64,000 bases of DNA. Source: an uncultured Planctomycetota bacterium. Lineage in GTDB: Bacteria; Planctomycetota; Planctomycetia; Gemmatales; Gemmataceae. Location: positions 256,001 through 320,000 of the forward strand of contig CAWKHF010000001.1 of NCBI GenBank assembly GCA_963849325.1. Direction: 5' to 3'. Both the position numbers and the translations under genes were made by a program. Shown piece by piece: positions 55,919 through 64,000 of this stretch (the stretch's first letter is position 1; every line of letters starts with the position of its first letter). The notes beneath the pieces were generated by a model. That model was not told the DNA's origin, ran no database searches, and saw nothing but the letters and a program-made list of their open reading frames with translations.

Positions 55919-57180
55919 AGCCGTCATGGTCGATCTGCGGGATTGCACGGAGTTCCGTCAGACGTTGCTGGCTAAGCCGCCGCGCTTTCTGCATGGCGTG
56001 GTCCTGTTGCTGGCCGGCCTGCTGGCCACGGCGCTGATCTGGGCCGCTGTCGCCCGCGCCAACCTCGTCGTCCGCGCCCAAGGCCGTGTGCGGCCCGTGA
56101 CCTCGCCCAAGAAGGTTTTCACCGCCGGGGCCGGGACGATGCCGCGCTCCAGCGGCGGGCGCGTCGTGGCCGTCTACTTCCACGTAGGCGACCAGGTGCA
56201 TCGGGGCGATCTGCTGATCCAGCTGGATACGGAGTCGCTGGGCAATGAAATCACCCGGCGAAAGCGAACGATTCAGGCGGGCGAGGAGGAACTGTCCCGG
56301 CTCGACCGCCTGAAGGACATGCTGGAGAGACAAAGTACGGCGACCCGCGCGAAGTGCGCAGTCCGAGCTGACCCAGGCGACGGCCGAGGTACGGCAAGCG
56401 AGCGAGCGGCGCGTCGTGGATGTCGAGCTGGCTCGCTTGGAATGGGAAGCGGCGGAGGACGAGCTGCGCCGCACCAAGCAGTTGGCGGCGAACAATGCCA
56501 CGACGGTCGCGGATCTGGTCAAGGCACGGAATCGTCTGCGCGAGGCGCAGGAGAAACTCCGCAAGGCGCGCCTATCGGTGGAGGATAGCAAGGTTGAGGT
56601 CATGAAGCGTGCTTTGGAACTGAGCGAGCGCGACGCGGCGTTGAAGCGCGAAGAACTGGAACTGAAACGGGTGAGCAAACGGGGCGAGGTCGAGGCCGCC
56701 CGCCTCGAGTTGGCCAACCTGGAGCTGGAGCGCAAGCAAGCGGAGCTGCGTTCGCCACTGACCGGCATTGTCACGAGCGGCGACGTGAAGATTGGCGACC
56801 TGCTCGAAGCGGGCAAGTCCGTGGTGGAGATCGCCGAGCAGCACGGTTTCCACTTCGAGGCGGAGGTGTCGAGCACCGAGGTGGCCCATTTGCGCGTGGG
56901 CATGCCGGCACGGATCAAGCTCGATGCCTACGATTATCAGCAGTACGGCACGTTATCGGGGACGGTGTGTTTCATCTCGCCGGACTCCGGCGTGCGTCAA
57001 GGCCAGGGAAACGCCGTCTACGTGGTGAAGATCGTCTGTGACGGCGAGGAGGTCGGGCGCGAAGGAGCACGCGGCAAGGTCAAGCTCGGCATGGCGGGAC
57101 AGGTGGAGATCGTGACGGAGCAGGAGAGCATTCTCTCGCTGTTGCTGCGGCACATACGCCAGAGCATCAGCCTGGGATGA
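55911..57180 (+). CDS. HlyD family secretion adaptor (frameshift near 56360)
   Basis: One TM, VRAQGRVRP, GDQVHRGDLL, LRSPLTG, KLDAYDYQQYGTLSGTV..ISPDS, KLGMAGQVEI. Confidence 0.9.
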
Positions 57181-57249
57181 GAACCGAAAGAACGGGAGAG
57201 ACATAAGGAACCTTTTAATACCTTAAAAGATCCTTATATCCTCCCAGTT

Positions 57250-57425
57250 TTCTCTTTGATCGGCTTGGAAGCCGCGTTGGAGCGGATCGCTCGACGCGAT
57301 GATTTCCAGAAAATGAGACCAACTCGATTGTGCAAACGCTGTCTGCACAATCGACTGGTCCGAATATACTTCCGCGAAGCGGATTATCTGAAGAAGGGTT
57401 GGACGGCTAAAGCCGCGCCCTATTC
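57250..57425 (-). pseudogene. Remnant of a DUF1016/YhcG-family gene
   Basis: GRGFSRPTLLQIIRFAEVYSDQSIVQTAFAQSSWSHFLEIIASSDPLQRGF resembles the DUF1016 N-terminal region; the rest of the gene is absent. Confidence 0.65.
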
Positions 57426-57607
57426 GGCCGTCAATGGTCTCGACACTGTCAAGACAATCGGCTCGCCGTAGGTGGCACGCTATTCGCCGCGGATTGCGCG
57501 GCGAATACGGTTCTTGCCCTGGTTCCACGCAGGGAGCTACAATTGGGTATGATGTGGTGGACATCGATCCGCGACGCTATGCCCCCAAGCAGGGGAGACA
57601 AGATCCC

Positions 57608-57829
57608 ATGATCCGCATTCGCTTTACCGACGAGGCCGCGAAACGTCGCGCGCTGGGCTTCCTGCTGGGCCGCTACTCGTTCAAAAGTTGGGCCACTGGG
57701 GAAATGCTGGTGCCCGAGTATGCTCTGCCTGCGCTGGCGCGGGAAGGGATCTCCTTCATCGTGGAGGGGTTGGCTACGTATGAGCAAATCATTGCGGCGG
57801 TACGAACTCCTTCTACCCCGGCGGTTTAA
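57608..57829 (+). CDS. Small hypothetical protein
   Basis: MIRIRFTDEAAKRRALGFL...; GGAG RBS; overlaps the next gene. Confidence 0.6.
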   Translation: MIRIRFTDEAAKRRALGFLLGRYSFKSWATGEMLVPEYALPALAREGISFIVEGLATYEQIIAAVRTPSTPAV

Positions 57830-58100
57830 CGATCAGCAACCCGTTCCGGATGACCTCCTCATCGAGACCGTTTTAGAACTGGAGCGTCAGTTCGGCGCCG
57901 TTTCCTCGGAAACGCAAATCATCCGCGGCCTGTGGCAGCACGAAGGACAATCCTATCGGGATGAGTTGGCGCGGGTGAACGTGGAGGTGCCGGACACCCC
58001 CGAGAACCGGCAGTTCTTCCAGGACTACAAGGAACAACTCAAGGCTCGGTTCCGTCAGATCGACATCTGGCTAACGACCTACTTGATCGAAGTGATTTGA
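57780..58100 (+). CDS. Small conserved hypothetical protein (possibly ferredoxin/PII-like fold)
   Basis: RRYELLLPRRFND...FGAVS...GLWQHEG..YRDEL...FFQDYKEQLKARFRQIDIWLT; GGAGG RBS. Confidence 0.65.
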   Translation: MSKSLRRYELLLPRRFNDQQPVPDDLLIETVLELERQFGAVSSETQIIRGLWQHEGQSYRDELARVNVEVPDTPENRQFFQDYKEQLKARFRQIDIWLTTYLIEVI

Positions 58101-58157
58101 TGGTCGCCGGTCGCGGCGCCGGCGCGGGCGCTCTCCGCCGGCGCCGCGAATGGGTTC

Positions 58158-59533
58158 ACTTCGCCGCCTGTTCGCGGGTGACGACCACGCTGACGGCAAG
58201 GCGTTCCACTTCCTTTTGCACGGCGGACAGGTCTGCGCGGCAACAGACGGGCGGCGATGGTAGCGCCGCCGTGGTTCTGCCGCGTGACGTAGTAATCCAT
58301 CATGAACTTCTGTCCGCCCATCTCCGCCTCCAAGGCGAAGTGTTCGAGGATCGGCGACGGCCGCACCGTCCGCGGCGGATCGACGCGCAGCAGACGGGCG
58401 TTCTGCTTGCCCAGCCACTCGCGCGATTCGGCCAGGAAGCGCTCGCCGGTCGGAGTCGCGCGTCAGTGGGTCCAGCGTCAGCAACAGACCGCTGCCGTCG
58501 GCGCCGTCCAGCGCCACCTGGCTGCCGCGCACGCCGGCCACGTGCCAGCGCCGGCCATACCGGAAGCGCACGCCCAGGTCCGGGTTGTCGTACAGCAGCA
58601 GCGTGTTGTCGTCGTTCGGCTCGACGACCACGCCCTGCAAGGCCGACTCGCTCAGCTCGGCGCAGCGCGTGTGCGCCTGCCGCGTCAGCACGAAACGCCC
58701 CTCGACCCGGCCCACTTCCTTGCCGTCCTTGTCGAGCAGGAAGTGCTTGCCCTGGACGAACAGGTAGCTCAGGTGGTTGGACTCCAGGTCGAAAAAGAAA
58801 TAGCCTTCCAGCTGCTGGCGGTTGGGTCCGTCCTCGTTGGTGCCGCGCACGCTGCCGCGGAACGATACGCGCGCGTGCCGCCGTTTCTCCACGGTCGTGA
58901 ACTGCTCGAGCCGGCACTCCAACGATCCCTCCTCGATGCGTTCGAGGTCGGTCAGCTCCTGGATGGCCGACTGCGTCGCGGACCAGCGGTCGCCCAGGCG
59001 GACGGGATGATCGGCCAGCAGGCCCGTCAGCGCCGGCGTGAAGACGTCGGTGCGGATCAGGTCGATCTCGCCCCACATCAACGGGCCGTCCGGCGAGAAC
59101 GGCACTTCCTTGTTCTGGTGCCGCAGGAGGATGAGCCGTCGCACTTCGGGACGCAGCGAATTCTCTTGCGGACGGTCGCCGACGGTGCGGCGGAAATCGG
59201 TACGGCGGCACAGCCGAGCCGTCTTGCGGATCTGGCCGTCCTTCCCGACGTCGAGAACGCGCTCATCGTACTCGATGGCGCTGGTGCCGCGCACGCTCAA
59301 CGGCTTCGGCGCGGTTGTCCCTCCCTTTACCCCCCCCGGAACGGGGGGGATAAAGGGGGGGGCAGCGTCAGCGTACCGGAGACGTCCACCCGCGTGCGGA
59401 CGTGATACTCATAGCCAACGGGGAAGCGCTCCTGGAGACGGATCGGTTCGTCGGCGGCGGGCGATGAGGGACAGCTCAGGCAGATCAGACAGGCGGCGAT
59501 GGCGAATCGGCGGGCCGTGAGAAGGGACGACAT
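58158..59533 (-). CDS. Secreted hypothetical protein (frameshifted)
   Basis: Signal-like MSSLLTARRFAIAACLICLSC..AADEP; continues through ORFs 58071..59300 and 58079..58366. Confidence 0.65.
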
Positions 59534-60310
59534 GATCGGCTCCGTGACGAGGCGTCCGCCGGGATGGCAGATGTCCTCTGTCACGATTCTACCCGCCTCC
59601 CTTTCGGCGGCGGCGCCGCAACTTCGTCGTCCTTCGTCACTTCCGGATGGACGGTAGGACTTGGGCCGCCTGGGCAAGAGAAAGGATTTACCAGGTGCCT
59701 GTATTGTATTCAGTCACTCTTGCAATTTTGAACATCTTTACTGTAAAATTGTATAGAAAATCAGACGCTTTCTGACAACCATTCGCAAGCTCAGCCGGCA
59801 GGACGCTCGCCGCGCGTCCGACGAAACTCCTGGAGGCGCAAGGCGTGTCGCGATTCGTTGAAAGAATTGTCGCCGAGCATCGTCTAATAGATGGAGAGAG
59901 TGGCCCAGCTTTTGCAATAGAGAAGGGCGCGAGCGAGGACGGCCGGACAAAACGCTCGCTCGTTTCGCAAGAAGGTTGCCCATCCGGCGAAGAACAAGAC
60001 AGCGATGTAGATACCGGCTGCTGTCCAACCTGTAAAGGGGAACTTGTGGCGGAGGTGGAAGGAGCGATGGAATTCGGGAGCGATTGCCCCGAACCCTCCC
60101 CCTACCCCGGCGCGTCTTACTTGGGTCAACAGGAGGTATCGGCTGAGCAACGGTGAGGACTGAAGGGCGATGGGAACTTTCTTCGAGGCAGAGACGTAAC
60201 AGAGAAGAGAAGGAAGCCGGCGCCGGCCGAGGCCCGCACTTCGGCCGGCGTCTACAAGGGCCTGCAACCCCCGGGATGGAGCCGGGCGGAAAGGCCGAAA
60301 AGGAGTGGCT

Positions 60311-62018
60311 GTGACTGGCTTCACGCATCCGGCCCTGAAACAGTTGACGGATCAACAAGTTCGGTTCGCTCCGCCCGCTCGCCGGGCGGAACAGCTCGTT
60401 CGAGCCGAACGACTGCTGGCCGAGATCGATCCGGCCAAGCGCTATCCGTATCAGTTCGTCTGCTGGCGCATCACGGAATATCGCCCGCAAACGCACGCCG
60501 ACCTGCTCATGCCCGGCGACGAGCTGGCGCACGACCTGCTTCTGTTGATGCAGGCCCTGGCCGGCAAGGTGCTGGCGCCGGTGCCGACCGAGGACATTCC
60601 CGAGCCGGTCGTCACCCTGGAGGAGATCAGCAAGAAGCTGAACGTCTCGACCAAGACCATCCGCCGCTGGCGCAAGTTCGGCCTGGTGGGTCAACCCATC
60701 GTCTTCAACGGCAAGCGGCAGGTGGGCTTCCTGCAGTCGGTGGTCGATCGCTTCCTGACGAGCCACCCCGACCGCGTCGAGCGCGGCAGCCGTTTCTCGC
60801 AGATGACCGAGGACGAACGCGAGGACATCCTGCGACGGGCCCGCCGGCTGTCGCGCGTCTGCGGCGGCACGCTCACCGAGGTCAGCCGGCGCATCGCCCG
60901 CCGCCTGGGCCGCTCCGTCGAGACCGTCCGTTACACCATCAAGAACCACGACCGCCAGCATCCCGAACAGGCCTTGTTCCCGAACCTGACCGGGCCGCTG
61001 GACGCGGCGACCAAGCAGACCATTTATAGCTCTTACCGTCGAGGGATTAACGTGGATACCCTCGCCAAACGCTTTCAGCGCACCGCGGACGTCCATGTAC
61101 CGCGTCATCAACGAGGTGCGCGCCCAGCGGCTGCTGGAGCAGCCCCTCGACTACATCCCGCATCCCTCCTTCGACGATGCCGCGATGGAAGCCGTCATCC
61201 TGGCCCCCATGCCCGACGCCGACGCCTACGAGGCCAAGCGCCGCGCCATGCACGCGCCGAAGGACGTGCCGCCGGAGTTGGCTTCCTGCTACGAATATCC
61301 GCTCCTGAGCAAGGAGCAGGAACAGCACCTGTTCCGCAAGATGAACTTCCTCAAGCACAAGGCGGCCCGGCTGCGCAACCAGCTCCGCAAGGAGGGCGGC
61401 GAGGCCAACGAGGTCGATCCCAGCCGCGTCCGCAATCAGACGCTCAAGGAGATCGAGGATTTGCAGCGCGAGGCCAACGCCGTCAAGGAGCTGCTCATCA
61501 ACGCCAACATGCGGCTGGTGGTGAACATCGCCAAGCGGCACGCCGCCCAGGCCGACAACTTCTTCGAGCTGGTCTCCGACGGCAACATGTCGCTGATCCG
61601 CGCCGTGGAGAAGTTCGACTTCGGCCGCGGCTTCAAGTTCAGCACCTACGCCAGCTGGGCGATCATGAAGAACTTCGCCCGCAGCATCCCCGACGAGAAG
61701 CACCGCCGCGAACGCTTCGTGACCGGCCACGACGAGGTCTTCGACGTCGCCCCGGACACGCGCACCGACGAGCACGAGATCGTGGCGACGCAGGAGCGGG
61801 CGACGCACAGCGTCAATCGTCTGCTGGAGTACCTGGAGCCGCGCGAGCGCGAGATCATCCGCATGCGGGCCGGCCTGGACGATCACGCCAAGGGCATGAC
61901 CCTGGAAGAGATCGGCCAGCAGTTCGGCATCACCAAGGAGCGCGTGCGTCAGCTCAACGCCCGGGCCATGAAGAAGCTGCGTTCCATCGCCGAGGAGCAG
62001 GACCTCGAGATGCCGTGA
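60311..62018 (+). CDS. Sigma-70 family RNA polymerase sigma factor with long multi-HTH N-terminus (frameshift near 61085)
   Basis: LINANMRLVVNIAK, LIRAVEKFDFGRGFKFSTYASWAI (region 2), TLEEIGQQFGITKERVRQL (region 4). Confidence 0.92.
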
Positions 62019-62048
62019 ACGGTCGAGACAACAACCCCTTCCCTCCCA

Positions 62049-62078
62049 GGCCCCACCACACGGTGGGGTCTTTTTGTT
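62049..62078 (+). terminator. Rho-independent terminator
   Basis: GGCCCCACC-ACAC-GGTGGGGTC followed by TTTTTGTT, after the sigma gene. Confidence 0.75.
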
Positions 62079-62292
62079 GCGCGAGTGGACCAAACCGAGC
62101 CGCGAGCGTTAGCGAGCGAGCGGAGAACGCACCGCTCCCTGACGGTCGCGACTCGGATGGTCGCGGCTCGGACAGCATCATGGCCGGCACATTCGCGCGA
62201 CAGATGATTTTGGCCGAATCGTAACCTATCTTTGAGACGTGGCGGCGTCGCTTCACCCGTTCTGTTGGAACGAAGTTATTCCGGGAGCAACC

Positions 62293-63651
62293 GTGGCCGC
62301 ACCGCGGATACTGGTCATCGACGACGACGACAACTTCCGCACCTATTGCCGCTACGCCCTGGGAACGGCCGGGCTGACGTGCGACCTGGCCGCCAACGGC
62401 CGGCAGGCGCTGGAAATGGCGGCGGAGACGGCCTATGACCTCCTCTTGCTCGACATCGAGCTGCCCGACATCCGGGGCGATCGAGTCCTGGCTCAGTTGC
62501 GAAGCGCCTCCGCCTGCCGGCACGGCAAAGCCATTGTCTTCTCCGGGGGGGCCAGCCCGGACGAGATGGCCGAGATGCTCTCGATCGGGGCGGACGATTA
62601 CCTGTCCAAGCCGTTTACCTTCGTCCAGCTTTTGGCCCGCGTGAAGGCGGCGCTGCGCTTGAAGGAGGCGCAGGATCGCTCCGAGAGGTTGCAGCGCCAG
62701 CTGGAAGCCTCCAATCGGGAGCTGGAAGTGCGCGTACGCGAGCGCACGGGAGAGCTGACGGCGGCCAACGAGGCGCTGCGGCGCGAGATCGGCGAGCGCC
62801 GCCTACTACACGCCCAGCTGGTGCAGGCGCAAAAGCTCGAATCGATTGGCCAGCTGGCCGCCGGCATCGCCCACGAGATCAACACGCCCATCCAGTACAT
62901 CGGCGACAACACCCACTTCCTCAGCGACGCCTTCGGCGACCTGCGGCGCGTGCTGGAGTCCCACGAGCGGCTGCTGACCGCTCACAAGGACGACGCTCTG
63001 ACGGCCGAACAGTTCGCCGAGGCCGAAGCTCTCATCGCCGCGGTGGACATGGCCTACCTCAATGACGAGGTGCCGCGCGCGGTCGAGCAGACGCTGCAAG
63101 GGGTGTCGCACGTCGCCCACATCGTCCGGGCCGTCAAGGAGTTCTCTCATCCCGGACAGGCGAAGAAGACGCCCGTGGATCTCAACCACGCCATCGAAAA
63201 CACCATCACCATCGCGCGCAACGAATGGAAGTACGTGGCCGAGGTGGTCACGGACCTGGATGCGTCGCTGCCGCCGGTGCCGTGTCTACCGGGCGAGTTG
63301 AACCAGGTGCTGTTGAACCTACTCGTCAACGCCGCCCAGGCCATCGACGAAAGCGGGGCCGCCGAGACGGGACGAAAGGGGACCATCTCGGTGCGGACGC
63401 GGCGGCTGGACGATCACGCCGAGGTCCGCGTCGGCGACACGGGCGGCGGCATCGCCGAGTCCATCCGCTGCCGCATCTTCGATCCCTTCTTCACCACCAA
63501 GCCGGTCGGCAAGGGCACCGGGCAAGGCTTGGCCATTGCTCACGCCGTCGTGGTCAAAAAACACGGCGGCACGATCACCTTTGAGACCGAGGTCGGCCGG
63601 GGGACGACCTTCATCATCCGGTTGCCGCTGGCCGAGGAGGCGCAACGATGA
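62293..63651 (+). CDS. Hybrid receiver + histidine kinase
   Basis: ILVIDDD..LLLLDIELP..DYLSKPF; LAAGIAHEINTP, NLLVNAAQA, DTGGGI, FDPFFTTK, GTGQGL. Confidence 0.95.
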   Translation: MAAPRILVIDDDDNFRTYCRYALGTAGLTCDLAANGRQALEMAAETAYDLLLLDIELPDIRGDRVLAQLRSASACRHGKAIVFSGGASPDEMAEMLSIGADDYLSKPFTFVQLLARVKAALRLKEAQDRSERLQRQLEASNRELEVRVRERTGELTAANEALRREIGERRLLHAQLVQAQKLESIGQLAAGIAHEINTPIQYIGDNTHFLSDAFGDLRRVLESHERLLTAHKDDALTAEQFAEAEALIAAVDMAYLNDEVPRAVEQTLQGVSHVAHIVRAVKEFSHPGQAKKTPVDLNHAIENTITIARNEWKYVAEVVTDLDASLPPVPCLPGELNQVLLNLLVNAAQAIDESGAAETGRKGTISVRTRRLDDHAEVRVGDTGGGIAESIRCRIFDPFFTTKPVGKGTGQGLAIAHAVVVKKHGGTITFETEVGRGTTFIIRLPLAEEAQR

Positions 63652-64000
63652 AACGAGTCCTGTTCGTGGACGACGAACCGAAGGTGCTGGCGGGACTGCA
63701 GCGCATGCTTCGGCCGCTGCGGCACGAGTGGCGGATGACGTTCGCCGCCGGCGGCGCCGAGGCGCTGGCGATGCTGGAGCGCGGCCCGTTCGACGTGCTG
63801 GTCACGGACATGCGGATGCCCGGCATCGACGGCCCGCAGTTGCTGGAGGAGGTACGCCGTCGTTTTCCTCATGTCCTCCGCATCGCCCTGACCGGGCAGT
63901 ACCACGGCGATGCGGTCCAGCGCTCGGCCGCCCTGGCCCACTACCACCTGGCCAAACCGTGCGACCCAGACATGCTCAAGGAGGCCATCGGAAGCGAGAT
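63648..64000 (+). CDS. Response regulator receiver (partial, runs off the window)
   Basis: ATGA overlap; MKRVLFVDDEP...VLVTDMRMPGIDG...HYHLAKPCD. Confidence 0.92.
   Translation, partial: MKRVLFVDDEPKVLAGLQRMLRPLRHEWRMTFAAGGAEALAMLERGPFDVLVTDMRMPGIDGPQLLEEVRRRFPHVLRIALTGQYHGDAVQRSAALAHYHLAKPCDPDMLKEAIGSE

Noticed and set aside
59845-60156. 103-aa ORF with CCPTC as another Cys-rich precursor
   Set aside because: No leader motif, weak start context and no adjacent modifying enzymes; more likely non-coding sequence upstream of the sigma gene.

Overview
GC-rich bacterial DNA, most likely a planctomycete (Gemmataceae-like), judged from the DUF1501 and DUF1549/DUF1553 genes, a LEELEDRCLLS planctomycete-type N-terminus and a large multi-HTH sigma factor. 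Many conserved genes (groEL, truD, asnB) are split across reading frames. This looks like indel errors in the assembly, so split genes are reported as single reconstructed CDSs. In order, the window holds: (1) an accessory patch with two related Pro/Lys-rich micro-ORFs, a 3-TM protein, a broken MazF-type toxin-antitoxin pair and an FkbM methyltransferase; (2) a defence island with an internally deleted ISAs1 element, vsr, a C5-cytosine methyltransferase, a putative restriction endonuclease and a controller protein with a triple C-box; (3) a Rieske/cytochrome b complex with an 8-heme cytochrome c and three paralogous CNIHGWM proteins; (4) an FtsH/MoxR ternary-type conflict operon; (5) housekeeping genes; (6) asnB with an ABC exporter; (7) a RiPP cluster; (8) a sigma factor and a two-component pair. 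The best candidate for an undescribed system is the RiPP cluster at 49980-57180. It combines a DUF692/MNIO enzyme and its RRE-type partner, a mersacidin/lichenicidin-type precursor with a Cys/Ser-rich core (KLSSACCSTCHCRAAVVAVR), a LanM-type dehydratase with no LanC cyclase domain, a C39 peptidase ABC transporter and HlyD. All family calls come from motif recognition by eye; no database searches were run.
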